From: a virus
Taxonomy: Duplodnaviria > Caudoviricetes
Reading direction: 5' to 3' (one strand)
IMG/VR virus record: IMGVR_UViG_3300030433_003270
Span: 1 to 30,705 of that record
Length of the DNA: 30,705 nucleotides
Both the position numbers and the translations under genes were made by a program. Below, piece by piece: positions 1 through 6,845 of the stretch; position 1 is the first letter of the stretch; each line of letters begins with the position of its first letter. The notes below the pieces were generated by a model. That model had not been told where the DNA came from and ran no database searches. It was given only the letters and a program-made list of their open reading frames with translations.

Positions 1-501
1 CATTCCGTCGCAGGATGCCTGTAGGCTGCCCCGGCTCCACTGTGCAAAGGCCTCGCGCCACTGGTGTGTGTATCCGGTGTGACCAGCTGCAGCGCCGTTA
101 ACGGCATGGAAGATGACTGGATCGATGATCGCCGGATCGCCATAGGCGCCCCACCGGATCTTCCGGGTCTTCAGGTACTTCTCACCATCGGCGACCGTGA
201 GATCCTCCTGATACCCGCCGGCCTTGTAGGTACGCCAGACAGACAGCGGAGCCTGTCCCACGTTTACGTAACAGGATCGGGATCCGTCAGCCTGTCTCCG
301 GTGCGGGCAGTTGCCGCAGACTGATACATCAGCCCCGGACATGATCGCGTCGACAGGGGAGATGTCCTCCCGCAGAATCCAGACCTGGCACATGTTCCCG
401 GTCTTCCGGTTGCCAGACTCGAGAGTGAGAATCGCCACGAACGGCTTCCCATCGATGGGTGACACGCCGCGCTGAAGAATGAAGCCCTTAGGTCTTGCCA
501 T
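1..501 (-). CDS. Cys-rich phage protein, GP88-like/radical-SAM-related Fe-S-type family (3' end runs off the window)
   Basis: Not in the ORF track. ATG at 501 (minus strand), open for 167 codons to the edge: MARPKGFILQRGVSPIDGKPFVAILTLESGNRKTGNMCQVWILREDISPVDAIMSGADVSVCGNCPHRRQADGSRSCYVNVGQAP...RWGAYGDPA...HTGYTHQW...ASCD. The NxKTG, CxxCP...CYV, RxGxYGDP and GYTHQW motifs recall a widespread phage family. The coding call is solid; the family call is tentative. Confidence 0.7.
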   Translation of the reverse strand, partial: MARPKGFILQRGVSPIDGKPFVAILTLESGNRKTGNMCQVWILREDISPVDAIMSGADVSVCGNCPHRRQADGSRSCYVNVGQAPLSVWRTYKAGGYQEDLTVADGEKYLKTRKIRWGAYGDPAIIDPVIFHAVNGAAAGHTGYTHQWREAFAQWSRGSLQASCDGM

Positions 502-506
502 GGTGT

Positions 507-525
507 TGATCTTTAGAAGGGATCA
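507..525 (-). promoter_or_regulatory. Conserved pre-ATG hairpin, copy 1 (TGATC-CCTTCTAAA-GATCA on the minus strand)
   Basis: 5-bp inverted arms around a CTTCTAAA loop, 5 nt before the ATG at 501. Homologous to the copies at 1294-1312 and 1492-1510. Confidence 0.7.
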
Positions 526-741
526 GAAGGCGAGCCGGTTTCCCGGTTTCGCTGTGCTCAAATTAAATCGGATTGGTCTGGGGGAGAAGGAACAGAGCAG
601 CATCGTTATTAAATGCAACAATTGTTCCCGAAGTGAAGAAAGGGGCCGTGGACATGGTGTCTCGCAGTTTCCACAGGGGCTTACGCCGACCATGGGACCC
701 GGGAGTCTCACCAGTAGCCTGGCCCGCAGCCGTCCTAGTTC

Positions 742-758
742 TTGAGAATTGTTCTCAA
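742..758. promoter_or_regulatory. Palindrome TTGAGAA-TTG-TTCTCAA, Fur-box-like
   Basis: Perfect 7-bp inverted arms. The core TGAGAAT-T-GTTCTCA differs at 3 positions from the 7-1-7 Fur consensus TGATAAT-N-ATTATCA. It lies in a non-coding stretch. Confidence 0.4.
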
Positions 759-1046
759 AAAGGGGCGATTTAGGGGTGAAATGGCCTGATTTGACCCGAT
801 TTTGGCGGTCCAGCGTACCTGCATCAGAGACAGGTACGCAAAATCTGGACTTAATGGGTCAATCCGTGGCCTCAACCAGCCAGATGGAGCACTCCCAGAT
901 CGGTCCACGGTCCCCACGGTGCCAGATGTCGCAGTTTGAGACACTGAATCCGGTGGTTTCCGCATAATCCCGTAGGTGGGAGACGAGATCATCCAGATCC
1001 GAGCGCCCAGCGGACGCCCGAATGTGAACTTTCTGTAACTTTCGAG

Positions 1047-1289
1047 TCACTGGCCCCAGCATTCCATCCAGAGATGGTACTGGTCCTCGCTCATCTCGAT
1101 CCGTTCGGCAGCATAAGCCGCCTCCCGGTACTCTTCCGGCACAGCATGATGGCCTAAATAGCCCTCATCCCAGCATCGGGGAGTCTGAATCCCCTTGATT
1201 TCAAACAATCCAACGTAAAAACGCTGCGGATTGCCGTTGTGATCGTTTGGCGCACACATATGCGCCATCCGGCCGTTGATTAATTCCAT
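1047..1289 (-). CDS. Small hypothetical early phage protein (80 aa)
   Basis: ORF track. The ATG is preceded by the conserved leader hairpin. Natural-looking sequence with NDxNGNPxR and DEGYxG motifs. Confidence 0.75.
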   Translation of the reverse strand: MELINGRMAHMCAPNDHNGNPQRFYVGLFEIKGIQTPRCWDEGYLGHHAVPEEYREAAYAAERIEMSEDQYHLWMECWGQ

Positions 1290-1520
1290 TTGGTGAACTT
1301 TAGAAGTGTTCAGAGAGGGGGGGGATCCCCCCTAGGGATGTTATCAGATCGCGGCGAGCTCTAAGAGTCGCGCTTCGCTGACTGTAAAGGGTCCGAACTG
1401 GTGCCACACAGTCCCATTGGGGGAGATGCGGTAGCCGGAGTGCTTGCAACCGTAGCGGAGCTCGGCTGCTGCGATGGCCTGTTCCATTTGATGAACTTTA
1501 GAAGTGTTCAGAGAGGGGGG
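1284..1520. repeat. 39-bp direct repeat, 2 copies (1284-1322 and 1482-1520), 1 mismatch
   Basis: TTCCATTTG(G/A)TGAACTTTAGAAGTGTTCAGAGAGGGGGG read directly. Each copy includes the ATG GAA start of a leftward gene. Confidence 0.95.
1344..1487 (-). CDS. Small hypothetical protein (47 aa)
   Basis: Not in the ORF track. MEQAIAAAELRYGCKHSGYRISPNGTVWHQFGPFTVSEARLLELAAI, ending in tandem TGA TAA. Same leader and ATG GAA start as 1047..1289. Confidence 0.7.
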   Translation of the reverse strand: MEQAIAAAELRYGCKHSGYRISPNGTVWHQFGPFTVSEARLLELAAI

Positions 1521-1612
1521 AGGGGGAGGCCCTGCCCCGGTGACTCAACCCTAGCAGATCGTTTCGGGTCTCGTCAGTTGTGAAATGTCGGCGCTGTCTG
1601 TCCGACACATCC

Positions 1613-1640
1613 AACATAGCGAATCGACGGCACGTGTCAA
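1613..1640 (-). promoter_or_regulatory. Sigma70-type leftward promoter TTGACA-N16-TATGTT
   Basis: Consensus -35 (plus strand TGTCAA, 1635-1640) and -10 (plus strand AACATA, 1613-1618), pointing at the leftward gene cluster. Confidence 0.65.
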
Positions 1641-1673
1641 CTTCGCCGCCAATACATACATAGATGGCGCGGA

Positions 1674-1691
1674 AATGTAAACGTTTGTAAC
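1674..1691 (-). promoter_or_regulatory. HLR1 element (RpaB binding site) GTTACAAA-CG-TTTACATT
   Basis: Exact match on the minus strand to the cyanobacterial HLR1 consensus (G/T)TTACA(T/A)(T/A)-N2-(G/T)TTACA(T/A)(T/A). Confidence 0.65.
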
Positions 1692-1892
1692 TGAATATGA
1701 CGACGCTTCATCAAGAAATGTTACGGGGGGCTTCTTTTTTTCCTCTCACGTAAACTTTTGTGACAGGCCCGCCAGATGTCTCTCCGAATTATTTCCCCAA
1801 TTTGCCCTAAATATAGGCGGTTTTGGGGGTTTTTGCCACGAAGGAGTTGACTCCACTTAAAATCGTTTATATCGCGATAAAAAGGGATAGTT

Positions 1893-3233
1893 ATGGCCGT
1901 ATCCCCGGCAGATTTCGAGTTTTATTCACGTGTAACTGGTATTCCGATCCCTAATGATCCGGTAGCCAGGATGCGTATGGCGCCACAGGTTTATGCGATG
2001 CGGCGTAGTCCGATGAGCAAAGTCGCAGGTGCATTAGGAACTGCTGCAAAAGCTGCATTAGCAGGCGGCGCTGCTGTTGGAGCCGGTCTGTTGGTGAAAG
2101 AATTAGCTAGCAGGAGGGGCGAATCGGGTGAAACACCGAAAACTGAGGATGTAAACATCTCTTCGGACTATTCAGCACCTTCTGCAGCTGAAAAGGGGCC
2201 AGAAATGAGTGTTTCGGAGCCTTCAACACGTGATAAGGCAGAAAGTTTCCTAAATGCTTTTACAGGAAGTGTGTCGACTGCGCCTAGGGATGAACCTGAG
2301 GTAGATCCAACAGGCACTCCAATTAAATCCGCCTTGGCAGCTGGATTTGGCTCTCTTGAGGAGGCCAGAAGTAATCTTCAAGCGAAATACGGACAAAGAC
2401 TTTCGCATCAAACCGAGATTCCTCAAGCAGATCCCAATCTGGTCAACGAAAGCTTTGATGCACAACGCGCTTCGGTGGGTGAACCCGTTGAATCCTTGAC
2501 AACGGGTATGCCAGCACAGGCAGCATCTGGTGTTGAAACTGCAGTTGCTCAAGCTTACGAATTTTTCGAAGGATCTCCTGGAAAAAGCCCGTTCCAAGCG
2601 GGTGGCGCCATGAATGAGCTTGGTCGTCAGTCTCGTCAGGTAAAACAAACCGTAGGCGATCTTCCTCCGCAGCTTGCTAGCGAAGTTGCTCGTTTTATTA
2701 GCAATTATCGTGGTAATCCTGTTGCTTCAGAACCTGAAGTTAGTGTTGACGCTCCTGCTCAGGGTTTCACGCAAAAAGAGGCCAATAGCCGCATTGTTAG
2801 TTTGATGAAAGAGGGGATTGAACAGCTTGAGGGTGGTAAACCCACAATCAATTTTCCCGCTGGCCAAGGCAGTAAATATGAGTCGATGACACTGGACCCC
2901 AGTGGGGATATCAATGTCAAGTTCCGGAAGGGCGGCACTACTTACACCTATCCTCAGTCTCCCGAAGGCAGTGCTGCTTTTGCAGAACTCGCTGACATGT
3001 ATAACAACCCTGCGCCTGCACAACGAGATCCTGCATTTGTAACTGATAAAGGCGTTGAGGTTGGCAATATTCTGCGGCAATCACAAGAGAAGAAATCGGC
3101 CCCCACGATGGATCCCCGTCGTCAAGAAATCACCGACACAATTAGAAAGTATCGGGCAAATCTTCCTCGTGCTGAGCAGGATGCTTTGATTGATAAGCTG
3201 TACGGAATGACCGATAAAGGTGATCGGTTTTGA
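1893..3233 (+). CDS. Hypothetical protein (446 aa) with a Gly/Ala hydrophobic segment, acidic low-complexity middle and a possible KTSC-like domain
   Basis: Long ORF with TAAAAT at 1858-1863 and AAGGGA upstream. The segment SKYESMTLDPSGDINVKFRKGGTTYTYP resembles a KTSC domain. Confidence 0.8.
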   Translation: MAVSPADFEFYSRVTGIPIPNDPVARMRMAPQVYAMRRSPMSKVAGALGTAAKAALAGGAAVGAGLLVKELASRRGESGETPKTEDVNISSDYSAPSAAEKGPEMSVSEPSTRDKAESFLNAFTGSVSTAPRDEPEVDPTGTPIKSALAAGFGSLEEARSNLQAKYGQRLSHQTEIPQADPNLVNESFDAQRASVGEPVESLTTGMPAQAASGVETAVAQAYEFFEGSPGKSPFQAGGAMNELGRQSRQVKQTVGDLPPQLASEVARFISNYRGNPVASEPEVSVDAPAQGFTQKEANSRIVSLMKEGIEQLEGGKPTINFPAGQGSKYESMTLDPSGDINVKFRKGGTTYTYPQSPEGSAAFAELADMYNNPAPAQRDPAFVTDKGVEVGNILRQSQEKKSAPTMDPRRQEITDTIRKYRANLPRAEQDALIDKLYGMTDKGDRF

Positions 3234-3263
3234 TGTAAGATAGTTGTATATAACTCTCTTACC

Positions 3264-3659
3264 ATGACCTTCCTCGAACCGGTTATTGCCTCCGCTCTAG
3301 GCGCAGCGGTCACCGCACTTGTGGTGTTCCTGAAGAAGAACATGGCGGCCAATAAGATTCTTGCTTATGGCCCATTGATGCAAAAGGCATACGACATCAT
3401 CGATCCTGTGCTGGATAAAAATATCCACAACTGGGACGGATCTAAGGTTGATAAAGCGTTTGAGTTAGCTGTCGAATCTGTGGCCGATGGTGAACTCTCC
3501 GCTTCTGAAGTAAAAGAACTCGCTATTCACATGGCCGAGTCTTGGCTTCCCGCAGCAGCTGCCAACAAAGTGCGTCTGCTTGAAAAGTCCGGTATGCCCC
3601 TGGAGCAGCGCCAAGCCGCAGAAGAACTGACCGCTAAGGTCAATACAACTGCTGCTTGA
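3264..3659 (+). CDS. Putative holin-like membrane protein (LL-H-like topology)
   Basis: Single N-terminal TM helix (VIASALGAAVTALVVFL) followed by KK and an amphipathic helical cytoplasmic domain. Function inferred. Confidence 0.45.
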   Translation: MTFLEPVIASALGAAVTALVVFLKKNMAANKILAYGPLMQKAYDIIDPVLDKNIHNWDGSKVDKAFELAVESVADGELSASEVKELAIHMAESWLPAAAANKVRLLEKSGMPLEQRQAAEELTAKVNTTAA

Positions 3660-4108
3660 TAATGGCAACATTCAAACGCCGCACTGATAATCGCGAAGAA
3701 AATTATTTACAGGGAAAAGCCCCTTATTCAGGGACTTTGGGGAGGACTGGGCAGATCAACCCGTTGGATAAGTTTGCTGCAGACATGCAGGATCGTAATC
3801 CAGGGTATGAAGAGTTTCAGTCAGATAGCCGGACTTTTGGTCAGGTTGCCCCGCTTTCTCAGGCAAAGTTCGAACGTGCAGCCAGCACTCCGATGCCTGC
3901 ATTTCGTGATGATGTGGACAATGCCCATGCGATTGCTTTCCTGAATAATTATCAGCAAAGCGTTCAACGAGGTTTAATTAGCGAAGAAGATAGGGTAGGC
4001 CCGGATAAAATGTCTTATATCGCGACACAACCTGCAAACATGGCTTCTAACGAAAGTAGCCCTGAAACTGCAGGTAAATTCCCTGGCGCCAGTGGAGTAA
4101 AGATCTAA
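3656..4108 (+). CDS. Hypothetical protein, possible internal virion protein (start may be ATG 3662)
   Basis: ORF tightly coupled to its neighbours (TAATG stop/start overlap at 4106-4110). Confidence 0.7.
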   Translation: MIMATFKRRTDNREENYLQGKAPYSGTLGRTGQINPLDKFAADMQDRNPGYEEFQSDSRTFGQVAPLSQAKFERAASTPMPAFRDDVDNAHAIAFLNNYQQSVQRGLISEEDRVGPDKMSYIATQPANMASNESSPETAGKFPGASGVKI

Positions 4109-4788
4109 TGTCTATGGCCGGAAAACAGGCAACGAGATTAGCGGGTAAAGTACTCGGTGAGTTTCTAAATGTAGCTGCTGCCAAGGCAGGCGAGGCGACT
4201 TTAAATTATTTGACAAAAGAGCGAGCCAAAGAGGCACCCAAGCCTGGAATGGCTGATGCATACATGGGACGGCAGGCGGATTCGGCTGAAACAGAAAGAG
4301 TTCCCCGTTTTACAAACGAAAAAGCAGATCCTGTGACGAAGTTCATCACTGAGAATCCAGAGAGAACTGCTAAATATGTTGAAAAATTCACCCCACCTGC
4401 TGCACTGACGGCAGGAGCAGCATTACTGGCTGGCGGCACCGCCTTAGTAAAAGGCATCGGCCCTGGCGAAAAACCCCGTTCTGACTACTACGTCGGAATG
4501 GGTAGCCCGATTGATCAGATGGCAATGCGCCAACAGGGAGCTTTTGACCAATTGGCCATGCGCCAAATGGGTGCTGCTGAGAGCATCGAGCAGAAGTTGA
4601 TGGCTGACCTGGTCCGGACTCAGGCACACGCGGCACTTGCAGACCGTAAGTTTGAACACCAAATGGCGTTACAACAGCATCGCCAGGATGCGATGACACC
4701 TCGTAACCAGCCGATGGCAGGTGGCGGTGATTTAAACTATGTAATGAATACAGCCAACCGTATCTTTGGCGCGACTCCAAGCTATTGA
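4108..4788 (+). CDS. Putative internal virion/ejection protein
   Basis: Central Ala/Gly hydrophobic helix (AALTAGAALLAGGTALV) and a Gln/Met-rich helical C-terminus with an 11-aa repeat DQ(M/L)AMRQxGA. Confidence 0.55.
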   Translation: MSMAGKQATRLAGKVLGEFLNVAAAKAGEATLNYLTKERAKEAPKPGMADAYMGRQADSAETERVPRFTNEKADPVTKFITENPERTAKYVEKFTPPAALTAGAALLAGGTALVKGIGPGEKPRSDYYVGMGSPIDQMAMRQQGAFDQLAMRQMGAAESIEQKLMADLVRTQAHAALADRKFEHQMALQQHRQDAMTPRNQPMAGGGDLNYVMNTANRIFGATPSY

Positions 4789-4797
4789 TTTAAGAAA

Positions 4798-5304
4798 ATG
4801 TCAGATACTAACGGTTACAATTACGCATTTGACCCGAACAAGACGGACGAAGCTATTTCGACCATAGAGGATATTTATGGATACAACGACAAAAAAAAGG
4901 AAAATATCTTTTTAGATACGTTTAAAGAGAAATTACAAGAAAATTTGAAAGAGGGCTTTTTAGGTCAGTCAAAGAAAGACACTAGAAATCGCGACATTTA
5001 TGGAGACCGTAGAAGGTCTTCTGGCGATACCGTTGCAGACTTAGGAGGTGGTAATACCGCTATTACCCCCGACACATCGACATTAATTAACTCACAATTA
5101 GCGGCAGCACAGATGGCGAATCAGCCGAGCCAGGGTCGCATGGCAGGCTCAGCCCTTGGTGGATCTATTGGTGGAGCCTTAGGTACTTCAATGATTGCTA
5201 AAGCTGGCGGTGCAGCTGCGGCAGGATTAGGCACCACAATAGGTGCTGCAGCTCTAGGCCCAATTGGTATGCTTGCAGGCGGATTTTTAGGAGGCCTTTT
5301 CTAA
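4798..5304 (+). CDS. Glycine-zipper membrane-active protein, putative ejection protein
   Basis: The C-terminal 50 aa is uncharged apart from one Lys, with GxxxG zippers: GSALGGSIGGALG...ALGPIGMLAGGFLGGLF. Confidence 0.55.
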   Translation: MSDTNGYNYAFDPNKTDEAISTIEDIYGYNDKKKENIFLDTFKEKLQENLKEGFLGQSKKDTRNRDIYGDRRRSSGDTVADLGGGNTAITPDTSTLINSQLAAAQMANQPSQGRMAGSALGGSIGGALGTSMIAKAGGAAAAGLGTTIGAAALGPIGMLAGGFLGGLF

Positions 5305-5355
5305 GTAAAGGGTTACACAATTTAAAATAAGTAGCATAAGAAGAAGTATTAAGTA

Positions 5356-6153
5356 ATGGCTATCCAGTTGGCTCCGCTAATCATGGCCGGCGGTAAAGCA
5401 GCGTTATCCAAACTGCCTATGATTATGGGTGTGGGTGCTGCGTTACCTTCGCTGAGTAAAGGACGTCCTGTGGAGGCGGCTTTACAGGGAGGCCTGGGTT
5501 ATCTCAGCGGCGGTGCTTTGGCAGGACCTGCGGGTCGTCTTGTTCCTCGAATGGCCGGAGGAATGGCCGGAGCTCTTCAAAAGGTTGCACCGGGACTTGC
5601 CACCAGTTTAGGGGCTAACCTCACACCTACAGCAGCGGGCTTAGCTTCTCTGGGCCTGGGCGCAGGTGCGCTTGCTCTAGGCGGTGCATCTAATCAAGTA
5701 GCAGACCCAATCGTTCAAGGCACAAAACAAGCTTTAGGAGTAGGCGCTCAAACTGGCGCAGGCCTCATCGGTTATACCGCTCAAGGACAGCCTGTTTATA
5801 GCAACATCGGTGGCGCAGCTGTCCCACCGGTTGGAATGTACGGCGGCATGTCTCCTTACGGTTCACCGCTTGATGTTCTCGGACCTGCGGGCATGGGACA
5901 ACGTCTTCAGACCATTAAAGATGCCGAGACCATGCGCGACGCAATGCGCCTACTGAATCCTGAAATCCTTGCCGCCTCTGAAGCTCGCTCCAAGAAAGAG
6001 TTCGAACGCATGATGGCTGCTGCTGGCATCCGCCAGAACATTGCAACTCGCGCCGCGATGCAACAGAATGCGCAGGAAGCTGGATTGCGAGCCGGCTTGA
6101 CGGCTGCTGAACAAGCAGGTGCCGCATTGACCAAACAATACCAATATCAGTGA
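5356..6153 (+). CDS. Putative DNA pilot/ejection protein
   Basis: Gly/Ala/Leu-rich hydrophobic N-terminal half and a charged Ala/Gln-rich helical C-terminus, the usual pilot-protein architecture. Confidence 0.55.
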   Translation: MAIQLAPLIMAGGKAALSKLPMIMGVGAALPSLSKGRPVEAALQGGLGYLSGGALAGPAGRLVPRMAGGMAGALQKVAPGLATSLGANLTPTAAGLASLGLGAGALALGGASNQVADPIVQGTKQALGVGAQTGAGLIGYTAQGQPVYSNIGGAAVPPVGMYGGMSPYGSPLDVLGPAGMGQRLQTIKDAETMRDAMRLLNPEILAASEARSKKEFERMMAAAGIRQNIATRAAMQQNAQEAGLRAGLTAAEQAGAALTKQYQYQ

Positions 6154-6154
6154 T

Positions 6155-6814
6155 ATGTCAGATGAACTGAGAAAACGGAATGCTGCCCTCAGGGCGCAGA
6201 TCGCTGAGATGCGCAGTCAGGCTGCCGCTGCTGGTATTCCTTTATCCACGGGCGGACTTGACTTAGGAACAGGTGAGCGGGTACCCGAATTTAAAGTGCT
6301 GGGCTTGGAATTTGGAGACGCAACTCCTTACGAACAACGTTACGAGGACCTGCTTGAAGCCAAGACAAATATTGGTAAACAAGTAGCAGATTACAACAAA
6401 GCACAGGCAGCTGCAGCTACGGCTGCAGCCAACGAAAAACTCGAAAAGATTGTTGCAGCAGCTGCCGGTCCTTCTCCAGAGGAAATGGCTCAGACGATGA
6501 TTAACTATCGTCGTGCAACTCGGCCCATGGATATTGAAGATCTGCAAAGAGCTTCGGATATCGCAGTCGGTCAGTCGGTAAAACAACAAGCAGCCTTAAT
6601 GCCCTTAAACCAGCTTGCTGGTAGATTGGCGATGGAACGTATTTTAGAAGGCAGCCAACGTTTCCTTGCTTTTAAAGAGTCACAGCCTACCGCCATTCAA
6701 AATCGCATGGCAGCGGCAGGCGCTACACAAGCAGGACTTCAACGAGCCACGGCAGACCAAGCTCGTGCAGCTGCAGCAATGGTTGGGCAGGGCGGCTTAC
6801 GTCGCTTTGGTTGA
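6155..6814 (+). CDS. Ala/Gln-rich helical protein, putative internal virion protein
   Basis: ORF starts 1 nt after the previous stop and has coiled-coil-like composition. Confidence 0.55.
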   Translation: MSDELRKRNAALRAQIAEMRSQAAAAGIPLSTGGLDLGTGERVPEFKVLGLEFGDATPYEQRYEDLLEAKTNIGKQVADYNKAQAAAATAAANEKLEKIVAAAAGPSPEEMAQTMINYRRATRPMDIEDLQRASDIAVGQSVKQQAALMPLNQLAGRLAMERILEGSQRFLAFKESQPTAIQNRMAAAGATQAGLQRATADQARAAAAMVGQGGLRRFG

Positions 6815-6845
6815 TGATAAAATTTAAAAAACGGAGTAATTAGTT

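Noticed and set aside
64-1062. Track ORFs 64..324, 264..452, 479..745, 523..711, 573..773, 735..992, 749..967 and 859..1062
   Set aside because: Shadows of the real minus-strand gene <1..501 or chance ORFs in a GC-rich non-coding stretch. They show no protein-like motifs or leader element.
1284-1520. 39-bp repeats with an internal palindrome as a mini-CRISPR array
   Set aside because: Only two copies, the 159-bp spacer is a coding gene, and there are no cas genes.
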